Source: Deltaproteobacteria bacterium (lineage in GTDB: Bacteria > Myxococcota_A > Polyangia > Polyangiales > Houyiibacteriaceae). From it: 64,000 nucleotides of DNA. Made by a program: the position numbers and the translations under genes. Each line of letters opens with the position of its first letter. Within the stretch, counting starts at the first letter, position 1. The stretch covers positions 31,116 through 95,115 of the forward strand of contig JAXMNT010000029.1 of the NCBI GenBank assembly GCA_034670305.1, read 5' to 3'. Below the pieces are notes generated by a model, which was not told the origin of the DNA, ran no database searches, and saw nothing but the letters and a program-made list of their open reading frames with translations. Of the stretch, positions 9,812 through 18,127 are shown piece after piece.

Positions 9812-12800
9812 ATGTTTCGTGTCGCCGTCTCCCTCAGCCTGCTCTTGATCGCCCAGTACGGGCTTCTCGAAACCCTGTCCGCGTCTGCCCAGACGCAGGT
9901 CAAACCGCGCTTCATGATCCTGTTCGACACGTCGGGCTCGATGGCGGTCGACCTCGACGGCAACCCGACGTTCGGAGACGGGGTGCCCGGCGTGACCGAG
10001 GGACTGGACACGGACTGCGACGGCGAAGCCAACGACAGCCGCATGTTCGTCGCGAAGGAAGCGCTCACGAACATGGTGCTCGCGTTCGGCGACATCGAGT
10101 TCGGACTCACTTCGTTTCCACGGTTCGCCGCCGACCGCGTGGCCTGCACGAACGACCCGGGCCACGGCATGCCCTTCGCGGTCACACACCGCATCCAGGA
10201 CCAGGAGTGCAACATCGCGTCCGGTCCGTTCGTCGGCGGCATCGGCGACCCGACGCTGAACACCGGCACCGCGCTCAACAACGGCAACTGCGGCGCCGAG
10301 TGGAACGGCATGCCCGGCATCGACCTGCCCATCGACGGGATCCCCGCGGCGTGTCGCCCCGGTACGCCTGGCAACCCGGCGGCGCGGCTCTGGGCGGCGG
10401 GATCTCCGAGCTTCTGCACCAACTACCTCGGCGCGTGTCCGGACACGGTCTTCCCCGGGCTCTACACCTTTCCCGACGGCGACGTGCTGGTCGGCTTCAA
10501 CGGCTTCGGTTGGCCGACCACCATCGACAACCGGGTCGGCATCCTGCGGTGGATCGACAACGAAGAGACGCTCTTCGATCCGTCGACGACGACTGGCAAC
10601 TACTGCAACCACGCCACCGGCCGCGACTGCGAACTGCGCAGCACTGGGCCGACGCCGCTCGGCGGCACCCTGCGCGCGGCGCGCGACTACATGCTCCCCA
10701 TCCGCGCCGGCGATTCGGTGGGCAGCTGCCGTCCCTACACCGTCTTGTTGCTCACCGACGGTGCCGAGACCTGCGACGCGGCGACCGCGCCGGTGACCAC
10801 CGCGGGGGAACTCGCGGCGGCCGGCATTCCCGTCTACGTGGTCGGGCTCAGCATCGGACCGGGTGGGCGCACGCTGCTCAACGACATCGCCACCGCGGGC
10901 GGCACCGACGCTGGCGCTGCGGGTGGCGACACGGCGTTCTTCGCAGACGACTCCGTCACCCTGGCGGCCGGCCTCTCGGACATCGTCGCCGACTCGCTCT
11001 TGATCGAAGAGTGCAACGGTGTGGACGACGACTGCGATGTGCTCATCGACGAAGGCTTCGTGAAGTTCTGCAACCGTCCGGCTGGGGTCACCACGCAGAG
11101 CCTCTGCGCCAACCCCGGCGAGACGGTGTGCGATGGCGTCGACGACAACTGCGACGGCCGCATCGACGAGGGGCTGCTCAACGCCTGCGGGGCTTGCGGT
11201 CCGCCGCCGGCCGAGGTGTGCGACGGCGTCGACAACAACTGCAACGGGGTCATCGACGAAGGCGACGTCTGCGCGATGTGTCGTCCCGAAGCGGAGATCT
11301 GCGACAACGACGACAACGACTGCGATGGCTTGATCGACGAGAGCCTCTCCCGCGCATGCGGCGTGGATCTCGGCGAGTGCCGCGCCGGCACCCAGGTGTG
11401 CACGGCGGGCGTGTTCGGCGCGTGCGACGACGTGGGCCCGACCCCCGAGATCTGCGATGGGCTCGACAACGACTGCGACGGGTTGCCCGACAACCTGACG
11501 CGGCCGTGCGGTTCCGACGTCGGCGAGTGCAGCCCAGGCATCCAGCGCTGCATCGCGGGCGACTTCGACACCACCTGCGAAGGCGAAGTCGGACCGGAAC
11601 CGGAGAGCTGCAACGGGCTCGACGACGACTGCGACGGCCGCACCGACGAGATGGTGCCGGGCACCGGCGTCGCGTGCGGCGTCTCCGAAGGCGTGTGCAT
11701 GCCGGGCATGACCGCCTGCGTGGACGGCGCGATCGAATGCGCGGGCGGCACCGGGCCCACCGAAGAGGTGTGCAACGGACTCGACGACGACTGCGACGGC
11801 CTCGTCGACGACGGCATCTTCGTGGGCACGCCCTGCGGCACCGACGTCGGTGAGTGTTCGCCCGGATTGAACCGCTGCGTCGATGGCGCAGTGGAGTGTG
11901 TCGACGCGATCGGTCCCACGAGCGAAGCGTGCGACGGACTCGACAACGACTGCGACGCGGCCGTCGACGAAGGCCTCGGCATCGGAGAGCCGTGCGGCGC
12001 GGACGACGGACTCTGCATGGCGGGATCGCTGCAGTGTGTGGACGGACTCGAGACCTGCGTGGGCGAGGTGCCACCGGGCCGCGAGACCTGCGACTGCGAC
12101 GACAACGACTGCGACGGAGCGATCGACGAGGAACCGGAGCTCGGTTCGCTGTGCCCCGACACCAGCACCTGCGTGGAGTGCCAGTGCGCGCTGCCGTGTC
12201 AGGTCACCGAGTTCGGGTTTGGATGTCCGACCGGCCGCGCGCCGCGCGAAGTCGGCGACGAGTGTTTCTGCGTTGCCGAACGGTGCTCGCCGGAGGTGTG
12301 TGAAGGCGAGACCGTCGAACGCGAAGGCGACGTGCTGTGCGCGCCGGGCGACGACGGCGTGAGCATCTGCGTCTGCAAGAACAACGAGTGCACGTTCCCC
12401 TGCGACGGGGTCGTCTGTCCCGAAGGCACCGTCTGCGACCCGCGCGATCCGGCGGGGCGCTGCGCGGAGGACAGCTGCCGCGGGCTCGGGTGTGCGGCCG
12501 GCGAGGTGTGCAACGTCGTGACCGGGACCTGCGACGAGGACCCGTGTCTGACTGCGGACTGTGAAGCGACCGAGGCCTGCCGCGAAGGCGTGTGCGAACC
12601 GTCATGCGCCGAAGTCGAATGCGCGTCGGGCGAGCGCTGCCGTTCGGGTGTGTGTGAGGTCGACCGCTGCGTGGACGTCTCGTGCGGTGGCCAGGTCTGC
12701 GACCCAGCGACCGGGATGTGCGTCGACGATGCGTGCGATGGCGTCCGTTGTCCGACCGGCTCCTTGTGCGATCCGGTGAGCGGCGACTGCGAGGTGGATC

Positions 12801-15184
12801 CCTGCACGCGGCTGACCTGTCCCGACATGCAAGTGTGTCTGGACGGGGAGTGCACGAGCCCGATGGAGAGCGACGATCCGCCGGACGCTGGGCCGCCGAT
12901 GGAGAACAGCCGTGTGCTCGCGGCGGGCGGCGGCGGCTGCGCCTGTGAGACGGCCGGGACGGGCGCGGGCCACGGGCTGTCGATTCTGTTCCTGCTCGGG
13001 TTCGTCTTCATCCGGCGGACGGGGAGGGGGCGCCGTGGCGCTCGCACCTTTCGCCGGATTGGAGCGGCGGCACGGCGCGTCGGGCCGATCGCCGCGCTGA
13101 CCTTGTCGCTCGGTTTGTCGAGCGGCTGCGACGTGACGCCGTTCTGCCTCGACTGCGTGGACGCCGGCGTCGGGGCGATCGACTCCGGTCCCGACATCGA
13201 CACCGGCGTGCGAGACGCGGGCCCACCGGACAGTGGACCGGCCGACACCAACACGGACACACCATGCGTGGAGGGTGCGACCGAGTTGTGCAACGGCATC
13301 GACGAGGACTGCGACGGTACCGTCGACGAGGACGCCGACACGAGCAGCGACCCGAACAACTGCGGTGGCTGCGGTGTGCTCTGCGCACCGGCCGGCGCGT
13401 TCGGTGTGTGTGAAGACGGGACGTGCAGTCTCGGCCCGTGCGACGTCGGGTTCTTCGATCTCGATGGCGACCCGGACAACGGGTGCGAGTACCGCTGCTT
13501 GCCTTCCGCGGTGGACGATGCGGTGTGCGATCGCCGAGACGACGACTGCGACGGCACAGTCGACGAAGACGTGGATCTCATGACCGACGCGGCGAACTGC
13601 GGCGCGTGTGGCCGCACCTGCCGGTTCGCCCGAGGCATGGCCGCGTGCGTGGATGGCGCGTGCGAGCTGGCGGGCTGCGACGAGAACTTCTTCGATCTGG
13701 ATGGCGCCGATGGGAACGGGTGCGAGTACGCGTGCGTCGTGGCGTCGCCGGCGGTGGAGACGTGCAACGCGCGCGACGACAACTGCGACGGCGTCGTCGA
13801 CGAGGGCAACCCGGACGGTGGCGGCGCCTGTGGTTCGGTGGTCGGCGAGTGCACGAGCGGCACGGAGCGATGCACCGATGGGGTGCTGGTGTGCGTCGGG
13901 TTCGGCGGGCCGACGGCGGAGTCGTGCAATACACGCGACGACGACTGCGATGGCGCCACGGACGAAACCACGAACTTCCAGAGCGACCCGAACAACTGTG
14001 GTTCGTGTGGCACCCGCTGTGCGGAACCCAACGCGGTGACCCGATGTCAGACCGGAAGCTGCGTAAGGCTCGCCTGTTCTCCCGGGTTCGTGGATCTCGA
14101 TCCAGGCGTGGCCGGCTGCGAGTACGCGTGCGACCCGCGCGGCGCCGAAGTGTGCAACGGCGTGGACGACGACTGCGATGGGGACGTGGACGAAGGGCTC
14201 ACGCCGCCGAGCAACTTCTGCAACGCCAACGGCGTGTGCGGCGGGACCTCGCCCACGTGTGACGGGGCCGCGGGCTGGGTGTGCAACTACACCGACGCGA
14301 ACTACGAGGAGAGCGAGACCGCGTGTGATGGACGCGACAACGACTGCGACGGCGGCATCGACGAGACCCACCCGACCAAGGGCGACTCGTGTGCCAATGG
14401 GCTCGGTGCGTGTGCGCGCACGGGCACCGTTCGATGCACCGCCGACGGGCTCGGTGTCGAGTGCTCCGCGTCGATGGCGGGAACCCCGACGGCCGAGGTC
14501 TGCAACGGGGACGACGACGACTGCGACGGCCGCAGCGACGAGGGCATCTTGCCGGGCGTGTCGGGCTCGGGCGTGGTCACCACCCTGGTGAGCGGCGGCG
14601 TGCACGTCATGCGCTACGAAGCTTCGCGCCCCGACGCGACCGCGGGCGCGGCCGGGTCGGGCAACACCGCGGCGTGTTCCCGGAACAACCGCATCCCGTG
14701 GACCACGGTGACCTGGCCCGATGCCCAAGCGGCGTGTTGCGCGCTCAACGACGGCGGCGCGTGTTTGGGGGGCGGGCGCGGCTGGCGGCTCTGTGATGGA
14801 TCGACCTGGCAGGCGGCGTGCGAAGGGCCGGCCGGCACGTGCGACTGGTCGTACGCGAGCTCGTGCTCCACCTCGCAACCGACGGTCTGCAACGGCGCGG
14901 AGTTCGACTCCGATCCGGGCATGAGCGGCGACCAGGACGAACTGCGCGGCACCGGCACCTTCGGCAGCTGTCGAACGGCGTGGGGTGGTGCCGGTTCGGT
15001 GAACGACCTGAGCGGCAACGTGAAGGAGTGGGTGTTCGAAGAGGTCGCGCCGGGCATCCACCCGCTCCGGGGCGGCTCCTACAACAACGTCGAGGACGGG
15101 CGCATGTGCGGCTTCGACTTCACCGTGGGCGACGAATCGTTCGCGTTCCCGAACACCGGCTTCCGCTGCTGCTGGCACCCGTAG
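9812..15184 (+). CDS. Giant Cys-rich surface protein: signal peptide, VWA, MopE-like repeats, internal MYXO-CTERM, internal lipobox, more MopE-like/STIG1-like repeats, C-terminal FGE/SUMF1-like domain
   Basis: VWA MIDAS DTSGS...TPL...LLTDG; 16 C[DN]xxD[DNE][DN]C[DN]xxxD repeats; GGGGCAC-TM-RR at aa ~1039-1075; LSSGC at aa 1102-1106; C-terminal RYEASRPD, DLSGNVKEW, LRGGSY, GFRCC. Confidence 0.88.
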   Translation: MFRVAVSLSLLLIAQYGLLETLSASAQTQVKPRFMILFDTSGSMAVDLDGNPTFGDGVPGVTEGLDTDCDGEANDSRMFVAKEALTNMVLAFGDIEFGLTSFPRFAADRVACTNDPGHGMPFAVTHRIQDQECNIASGPFVGGIGDPTLNTGTALNNGNCGAEWNGMPGIDLPIDGIPAACRPGTPGNPAARLWAAGSPSFCTNYLGACPDTVFPGLYTFPDGDVLVGFNGFGWPTTIDNRVGILRWIDNEETLFDPSTTTGNYCNHATGRDCELRSTGPTPLGGTLRAARDYMLPIRAGDSVGSCRPYTVLLLTDGAETCDAATAPVTTAGELAAAGIPVYVVGLSIGPGGRTLLNDIATAGGTDAGAAGGDTAFFADDSVTLAAGLSDIVADSLLIEECNGVDDDCDVLIDEGFVKFCNRPAGVTTQSLCANPGETVCDGVDDNCDGRIDEGLLNACGACGPPPAEVCDGVDNNCNGVIDEGDVCAMCRPEAEICDNDDNDCDGLIDESLSRACGVDLGECRAGTQVCTAGVFGACDDVGPTPEICDGLDNDCDGLPDNLTRPCGSDVGECSPGIQRCIAGDFDTTCEGEVGPEPESCNGLDDDCDGRTDEMVPGTGVACGVSEGVCMPGMTACVDGAIECAGGTGPTEEVCNGLDDDCDGLVDDGIFVGTPCGTDVGECSPGLNRCVDGAVECVDAIGPTSEACDGLDNDCDAAVDEGLGIGEPCGADDGLCMAGSLQCVDGLETCVGEVPPGRETCDCDDNDCDGAIDEEPELGSLCPDTSTCVECQCALPCQVTEFGFGCPTGRAPREVGDECFCVAERCSPEVCEGETVEREGDVLCAPGDDGVSICVCKNNECTFPCDGVVCPEGTVCDPRDPAGRCAEDSCRGLGCAAGEVCNVVTGTCDEDPCLTADCEATEACREGVCEPSCAEVECASGERCRSGVCEVDRCVDVSCGGQVCDPATGMCVDDACDGVRCPTGSLCDPVSGDCEVDPCTRLTCPDMQVCLDGECTSPMESDDPPDAGPPMENSRVLAAGGGGCACETAGTGAGHGLSILFLLGFVFIRRTGRGRRGARTFRRIGAAARRVGPIAALTLSLGLSSGCDVTPFCLDCVDAGVGAIDSGPDIDTGVRDAGPPDSGPADTNTDTPCVEGATELCNGIDEDCDGTVDEDADTSSDPNNCGGCGVLCAPAGAFGVCEDGTCSLGPCDVGFFDLDGDPDNGCEYRCLPSAVDDAVCDRRDDDCDGTVDEDVDLMTDAANCGACGRTCRFARGMAACVDGACELAGCDENFFDLDGADGNGCEYACVVASPAVETCNARDDNCDGVVDEGNPDGGGACGSVVGECTSGTERCTDGVLVCVGFGGPTAESCNTRDDDCDGATDETTNFQSDPNNCGSCGTRCAEPNAVTRCQTGSCVRLACSPGFVDLDPGVAGCEYACDPRGAEVCNGVDDDCDGDVDEGLTPPSNFCNANGVCGGTSPTCDGAAGWVCNYTDANYEESETACDGRDNDCDGGIDETHPTKGDSCANGLGACARTGTVRCTADGLGVECSASMAGTPTAEVCNGDDDDCDGRSDEGILPGVSGSGVVTTLVSGGVHVMRYEASRPDATAGAAGSGNTAACSRNNRIPWTTVTWPDAQAACCALNDGGACLGGGRGWRLCDGSTWQAACEGPAGTCDWSYASSCSTSQPTVCNGAEFDSDPGMSGDQDELRGTGTFGSCRTAWGGAGSVNDLSGNVKEWVFEEVAPGIHPLRGGSYNNVEDGRMCGFDFTVGDESFAFPNTGFRCCWHP

Positions 15185-15266
15185 CGCCTCGCCGCCTCCC
15201 TACTACATCAAGACCTCGAGGGCATCGGCCCCGCACTGGCTGAACACTTCGACGTGCGCCGGGGAG

Positions 15267-15842
15267 TCAGCCGGTCGCGGGGTGCAGGCGAACGCGTCGC
15301 CGGCGTTTGACGGTGCGTCCGAGCTGGTGGCTCAGCAAGATGAGTCCGAAGAAGAAGAGCGTGTTGCCGAGGAAGGGCAACGGGCGCGGCCGGAGCGGTA
15401 ACGAGTCGATCCATCCGTAGCCGCCGCCCCGTCGGCGCAGGGGTTTGACCGGGGTGATGCGTGGGTCGATGGAGAGGCCCCCGTGGAGGGTGTTGCGCTC
15501 CTGCTGCCAGACCCGGTGCGATTCGACACCGAGGAACGGCAGGCCGCCCTGTTCGACCTTGAGGTTGAGCATGTCCGGATCGTCCAGCCGGGTCGGCGGG
15601 TGCGGTCCGCTTTGGAGATGCCAGCGGGTGTAGCCGATGAACTCCGAGTGATCCCGGACATGAAGCACCTCGCCAGCGGGCGTTTCCACTCGGGCAGCCC
15701 AAAGCGCCTCGGCTCCCGCGCCTGGCGTGCGGCCGTACGAGTAGGCGGGCCCGGGCGGTCGCTCGATGCAGAGCCAGGCGACCGGCCAGTTGAGGAGCAT
15801 GGCGACCAGAAGTCCGCCCACGATGTCCCGTTTGGAAATCAC
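15267..15842 (-). CDS. Hypothetical membrane protein (N- and C-terminal hydrophobic helices)
   Basis: Track ORF 15267..16028 with the repeat-derived N-terminus removed; GTG 15842; hydrophobic IVGGLLVAMLLNWPVAWL and FLGNTLFFFGLILL followed by an Arg-rich tail. Confidence 0.6.
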   Translation of the reverse strand: MISKRDIVGGLLVAMLLNWPVAWLCIERPPGPAYSYGRTPGAGAEALWAARVETPAGEVLHVRDHSEFIGYTRWHLQSGPHPPTRLDDPDMLNLKVEQGGLPFLGVESHRVWQQERNTLHGGLSIDPRITPVKPLRRRGGGYGWIDSLPLRPRPLPFLGNTLFFFGLILLSHQLGRTVKRRRRVRLHPATG

Positions 15843-15884
15843 GCCCCGTGATACGGACAGAACCGAACCCTCTTCCCACACCAA

Positions 15885-16039
15885 TGCCCTTGCCCCTGCC
15901 CTTGCCCCTGCCCCTGCCCTTGAGTGCAGGCCGAAGCCGAATCCGAAGCCGATGCCGATGCCGAAGCCGAATCCGATGCCGAAGCCGATGCCGAAGCCGA
16001 CCCCGTTTGCCGACCCCGTTGCCGACACCGTGGCCGACC
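15885..16039. repeat. Intergenic degenerate hexamer tandem repeats (TGCCCY)n then (GCCGAW)n
   Basis: tgcccttgcccctgcccttgcccctgcccctgccct at 15885-15920 and gccgaagccgaatccgaagccgatgccgatg... from 15930. Confidence 0.9.
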
Positions 16040-16047
16040 TCTTCCGC

Positions 16048-16587
16048 TCAGGCGGGCGGGTCGCGGAAGAAGGCGCTGCGGTAGTAGCGGAGCTCTTCGA
16101 TGCTCTCTTTGATGTCGTCGAGCGCGCGGTGGTTGCCTCGCTTGAGGGGCCGCTTGCCGTAGGCTTCCGGGTACCAGCGTTGGCCGAGTTCCTTCACCGT
16201 CGAGACGTCGACGATGCGGTAGTGCAGGTGGGCGTCGATCTTCGGCATGTACCGCACGAGGAAGCGGCGGTCTTGATGCACCGAGTTGCCCGCGAGCGGG
16301 GCTTCGCGCGGCGGACAATGTTGCTCGAGGAACGCCATGATCTGCGCTTCGGCCTCGGCGTCGGTCAGGGTCGATTGGCGGACCCGCTCGGTCAGGCCGG
16401 AGCCGCCGTGGGTTCGGGTGTTCCACTCGTCCATGCCTGCGAGCACGTCGTCGCTCTGATGCACGACCAGACTCGGGCCTTCGGCGACGATCTCCAATTC
16501 ACTGTCGGTGACCAGGGCCGCAATCTCGAGCACCCGATCCGTTTCGGGATCGAGTCCCGTCATCTCCATGTCGATCCAAACGAGCAT
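16048..16587 (-). CDS. orn: Oligoribonuclease
   Basis: LVWIDMEMTGLD, GNSVHQDRRFL, HYRIVDVSTVKEL, HRALDDIKESIEELRYY; start at ATG 16587. Confidence 0.97.
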   Translation of the reverse strand: MLVWIDMEMTGLDPETDRVLEIAALVTDSELEIVAEGPSLVVHQSDDVLAGMDEWNTRTHGGSGLTERVRQSTLTDAEAEAQIMAFLEQHCPPREAPLAGNSVHQDRRFLVRYMPKIDAHLHYRIVDVSTVKELGQRWYPEAYGKRPLKRGNHRALDDIKESIEELRYYRSAFFRDPPA

Positions 16588-16627
16588 CCGAGACCATACG
16601 ACGTGGCAGGTCGGCTGGCCATCCGGG

Positions 16628-16647
16628 GCCAGGCCCGTAGCGGCAAG
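16628..16647 (+). repeat. Partial copy of REP-like dispersed repeat
   Basis: gccaggcccgtagcggcaag, near-identical to 49929-49948. Confidence 0.6.
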
Positions 16648-16729
16648 AAATGTACAGTGAGTCACGCTGGCTTGCCGGATTGAGGGTCTTGAGCGCGAAC
16701 CACGCAATCAGCTGGGCGCCGCGTCCGTG

Positions 16730-16947
16730 AGGCGGGGGCTTGTTTGCTGGATAGGGCGGCCGGGTTCCGGCGGGCGATGTGCGCTCAAGCGGTGGGTTGC
16801 GCGGCGGCGCGCGGACGGGGCTGCTTTGCCAATGCAGCAGCATGCTGCATTGGCAACACCCCGCATCCGTGCCGCTTGGTCTCCACGGCGTTGGAAGCCC
16901 CCACTCGCCGGAACCCGGCCGCCCTATCCAGCAAACAAGCCCCGCCT
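16730..16947. mobile_element. 218-bp MITE/REPIN-like nested inverted-repeat element
   Basis: Terminal arms 16730-16772 and 16906-16947 are reverse complements apart from one G/C indel; central 14-bp perfect stem ttgccaatgcagca/tgctgcattggcaa (16826-16856). The structure is certain; mobility is inferred. Confidence 0.55.
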
Positions 16948-17046
16948 TCGTAGACACAACGCCCGCAGTCGATCACCCAGGTGGCGCGCGTTCAGTTCTT
17001 GCCCTGTCTCTCGCGCAGGAGACTTTGGGCAGGAGCGAAGCGACGA

Positions 17047-18063
17047 TCAGTTCACCGGGGCGGTGGGGTCGATGATCCAGGCCGGCGGGTTGTTGTTGTT
17101 GCTGCCGGCCCACTCGGTCACGTGCACCAGGTCGCCGTTGCGCCACTCGTACAGATGCACTTCGCCGTGTCCAGCGTCGCCTTCGGCCGGCCGCCGTTCG
17201 GTGAACACCACCAGCACCCCGTTCTCCCCGCGCGGGATGAGCGCGAGGCTCGAGGTGCAACAGGGCGCTTCGAACCGCCGGAGTTCGGCGGGTTGCACGG
17301 TGCGGTTGAGCAGCAGGATGGGGCGGCGGCCATCGCCTTCGGCGTGCTCCACCCGAACGGAGAACAAGAGCGGTGTGCCATCAGGCGCCCGCCAGCGTGC
17401 CTCTCTCAGGGTGCTTCGATCCCAGACCATCACGCGCTCGTGCAGCAACGCCGGTCCACCCGCCGGGATCTCCGGGTCGGCGACCGAGTCGATCATGACG
17501 TTGCCGGTGCTGTTGTTGAAGACCTGCACGGCCATCGGTGTGATCACGACACCGCGCTGGTCGCCCTCCGTCCATTCGGCGCCGAATCGAAACACGACGC
17601 GCAGCTGCATGCGCTGCACCGAGTTTCGGTTGAACCACCGCTGCGCGCGGTCTGGCGGGATCCGGTAGAAGCGCTCGCCGATCGCGTAGCGGGCCAGGAC
17701 GCCGTTCTGCGGCGCGCGGGTCGTCAGCAGACCGCCCTCGGCCGGAAGAATGAGGTCGGCGACCCGCATCAACAGGCCCTCGCGCACGTGTTCGTACGGG
17801 CCGGCTTCGACGTGACCGGCGGCGGGCACCGAGAGAAGCCACCGCCCAGCTTTGAGCGCACGAATGTCTCGGCGCCGGTGCCGCTCGCAGGTCCGGCGCT
17901 CGGCGCCGCTGCCATCGCAGGTCCGAAAGAAGGGCGCGGCGAAGCGGCCGATCTCTCCAGGCACCTCGCTGGCCTCCCGCGCGACGTCGTTGAAGCGCTG
18001 GGCGGACGCCGTCGCGGTCCAACCAAGGGCCATCAGAGAGGTGGTGAGCAGGAGAGATCGCAC
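17047..18063 (-). CDS. Secreted hypothetical protein (N-terminal half resembles myxobacterial DUF6066)
   Basis: Signal-peptide-like RSLLLTTSLMALGWTATASA; GTG 18063; family resemblance recalled by eye only. Confidence 0.65.
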   Translation of the reverse strand: MRSLLLTTSLMALGWTATASAQRFNDVAREASEVPGEIGRFAAPFFRTCDGSGAERRTCERHRRRDIRALKAGRWLLSVPAAGHVEAGPYEHVREGLLMRVADLILPAEGGLLTTRAPQNGVLARYAIGERFYRIPPDRAQRWFNRNSVQRMQLRVVFRFGAEWTEGDQRGVVITPMAVQVFNNSTGNVMIDSVADPEIPAGGPALLHERVMVWDRSTLREARWRAPDGTPLLFSVRVEHAEGDGRRPILLLNRTVQPAELRRFEAPCCTSSLALIPRGENGVLVVFTERRPAEGDAGHGEVHLYEWRNGDLVHVTEWAGSNNNNPPAWIIDPTAPVN

Positions 18064-18127
18064 GGGAACCTTGGACGCAGGAGGCGCGGGAACATTTACC
18101 GCACCGTCCCGCCCTGGTCGAGACCGG

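Noticed and set aside
11000-14545. Regularly spaced ~40-nt repeats resembling a CRISPR array
   Set aside because: Repeats vary at synonymous positions and encode in-frame MopE-like peptide repeats; no cas genes.
15185-15266. Short + strand peptide DLEGIGPALAEHF resembling an HhH fragment
   Set aside because: Too short, no start codon; cannot be distinguished from chance.
16499-17668. ORFs crossing the inverted-repeat element (16499..16957 -, 16727..17668 +)
   Set aside because: The identical peptide GLVCWIGRPGSG on both strands is a consequence of the palindrome; no transposase motifs.
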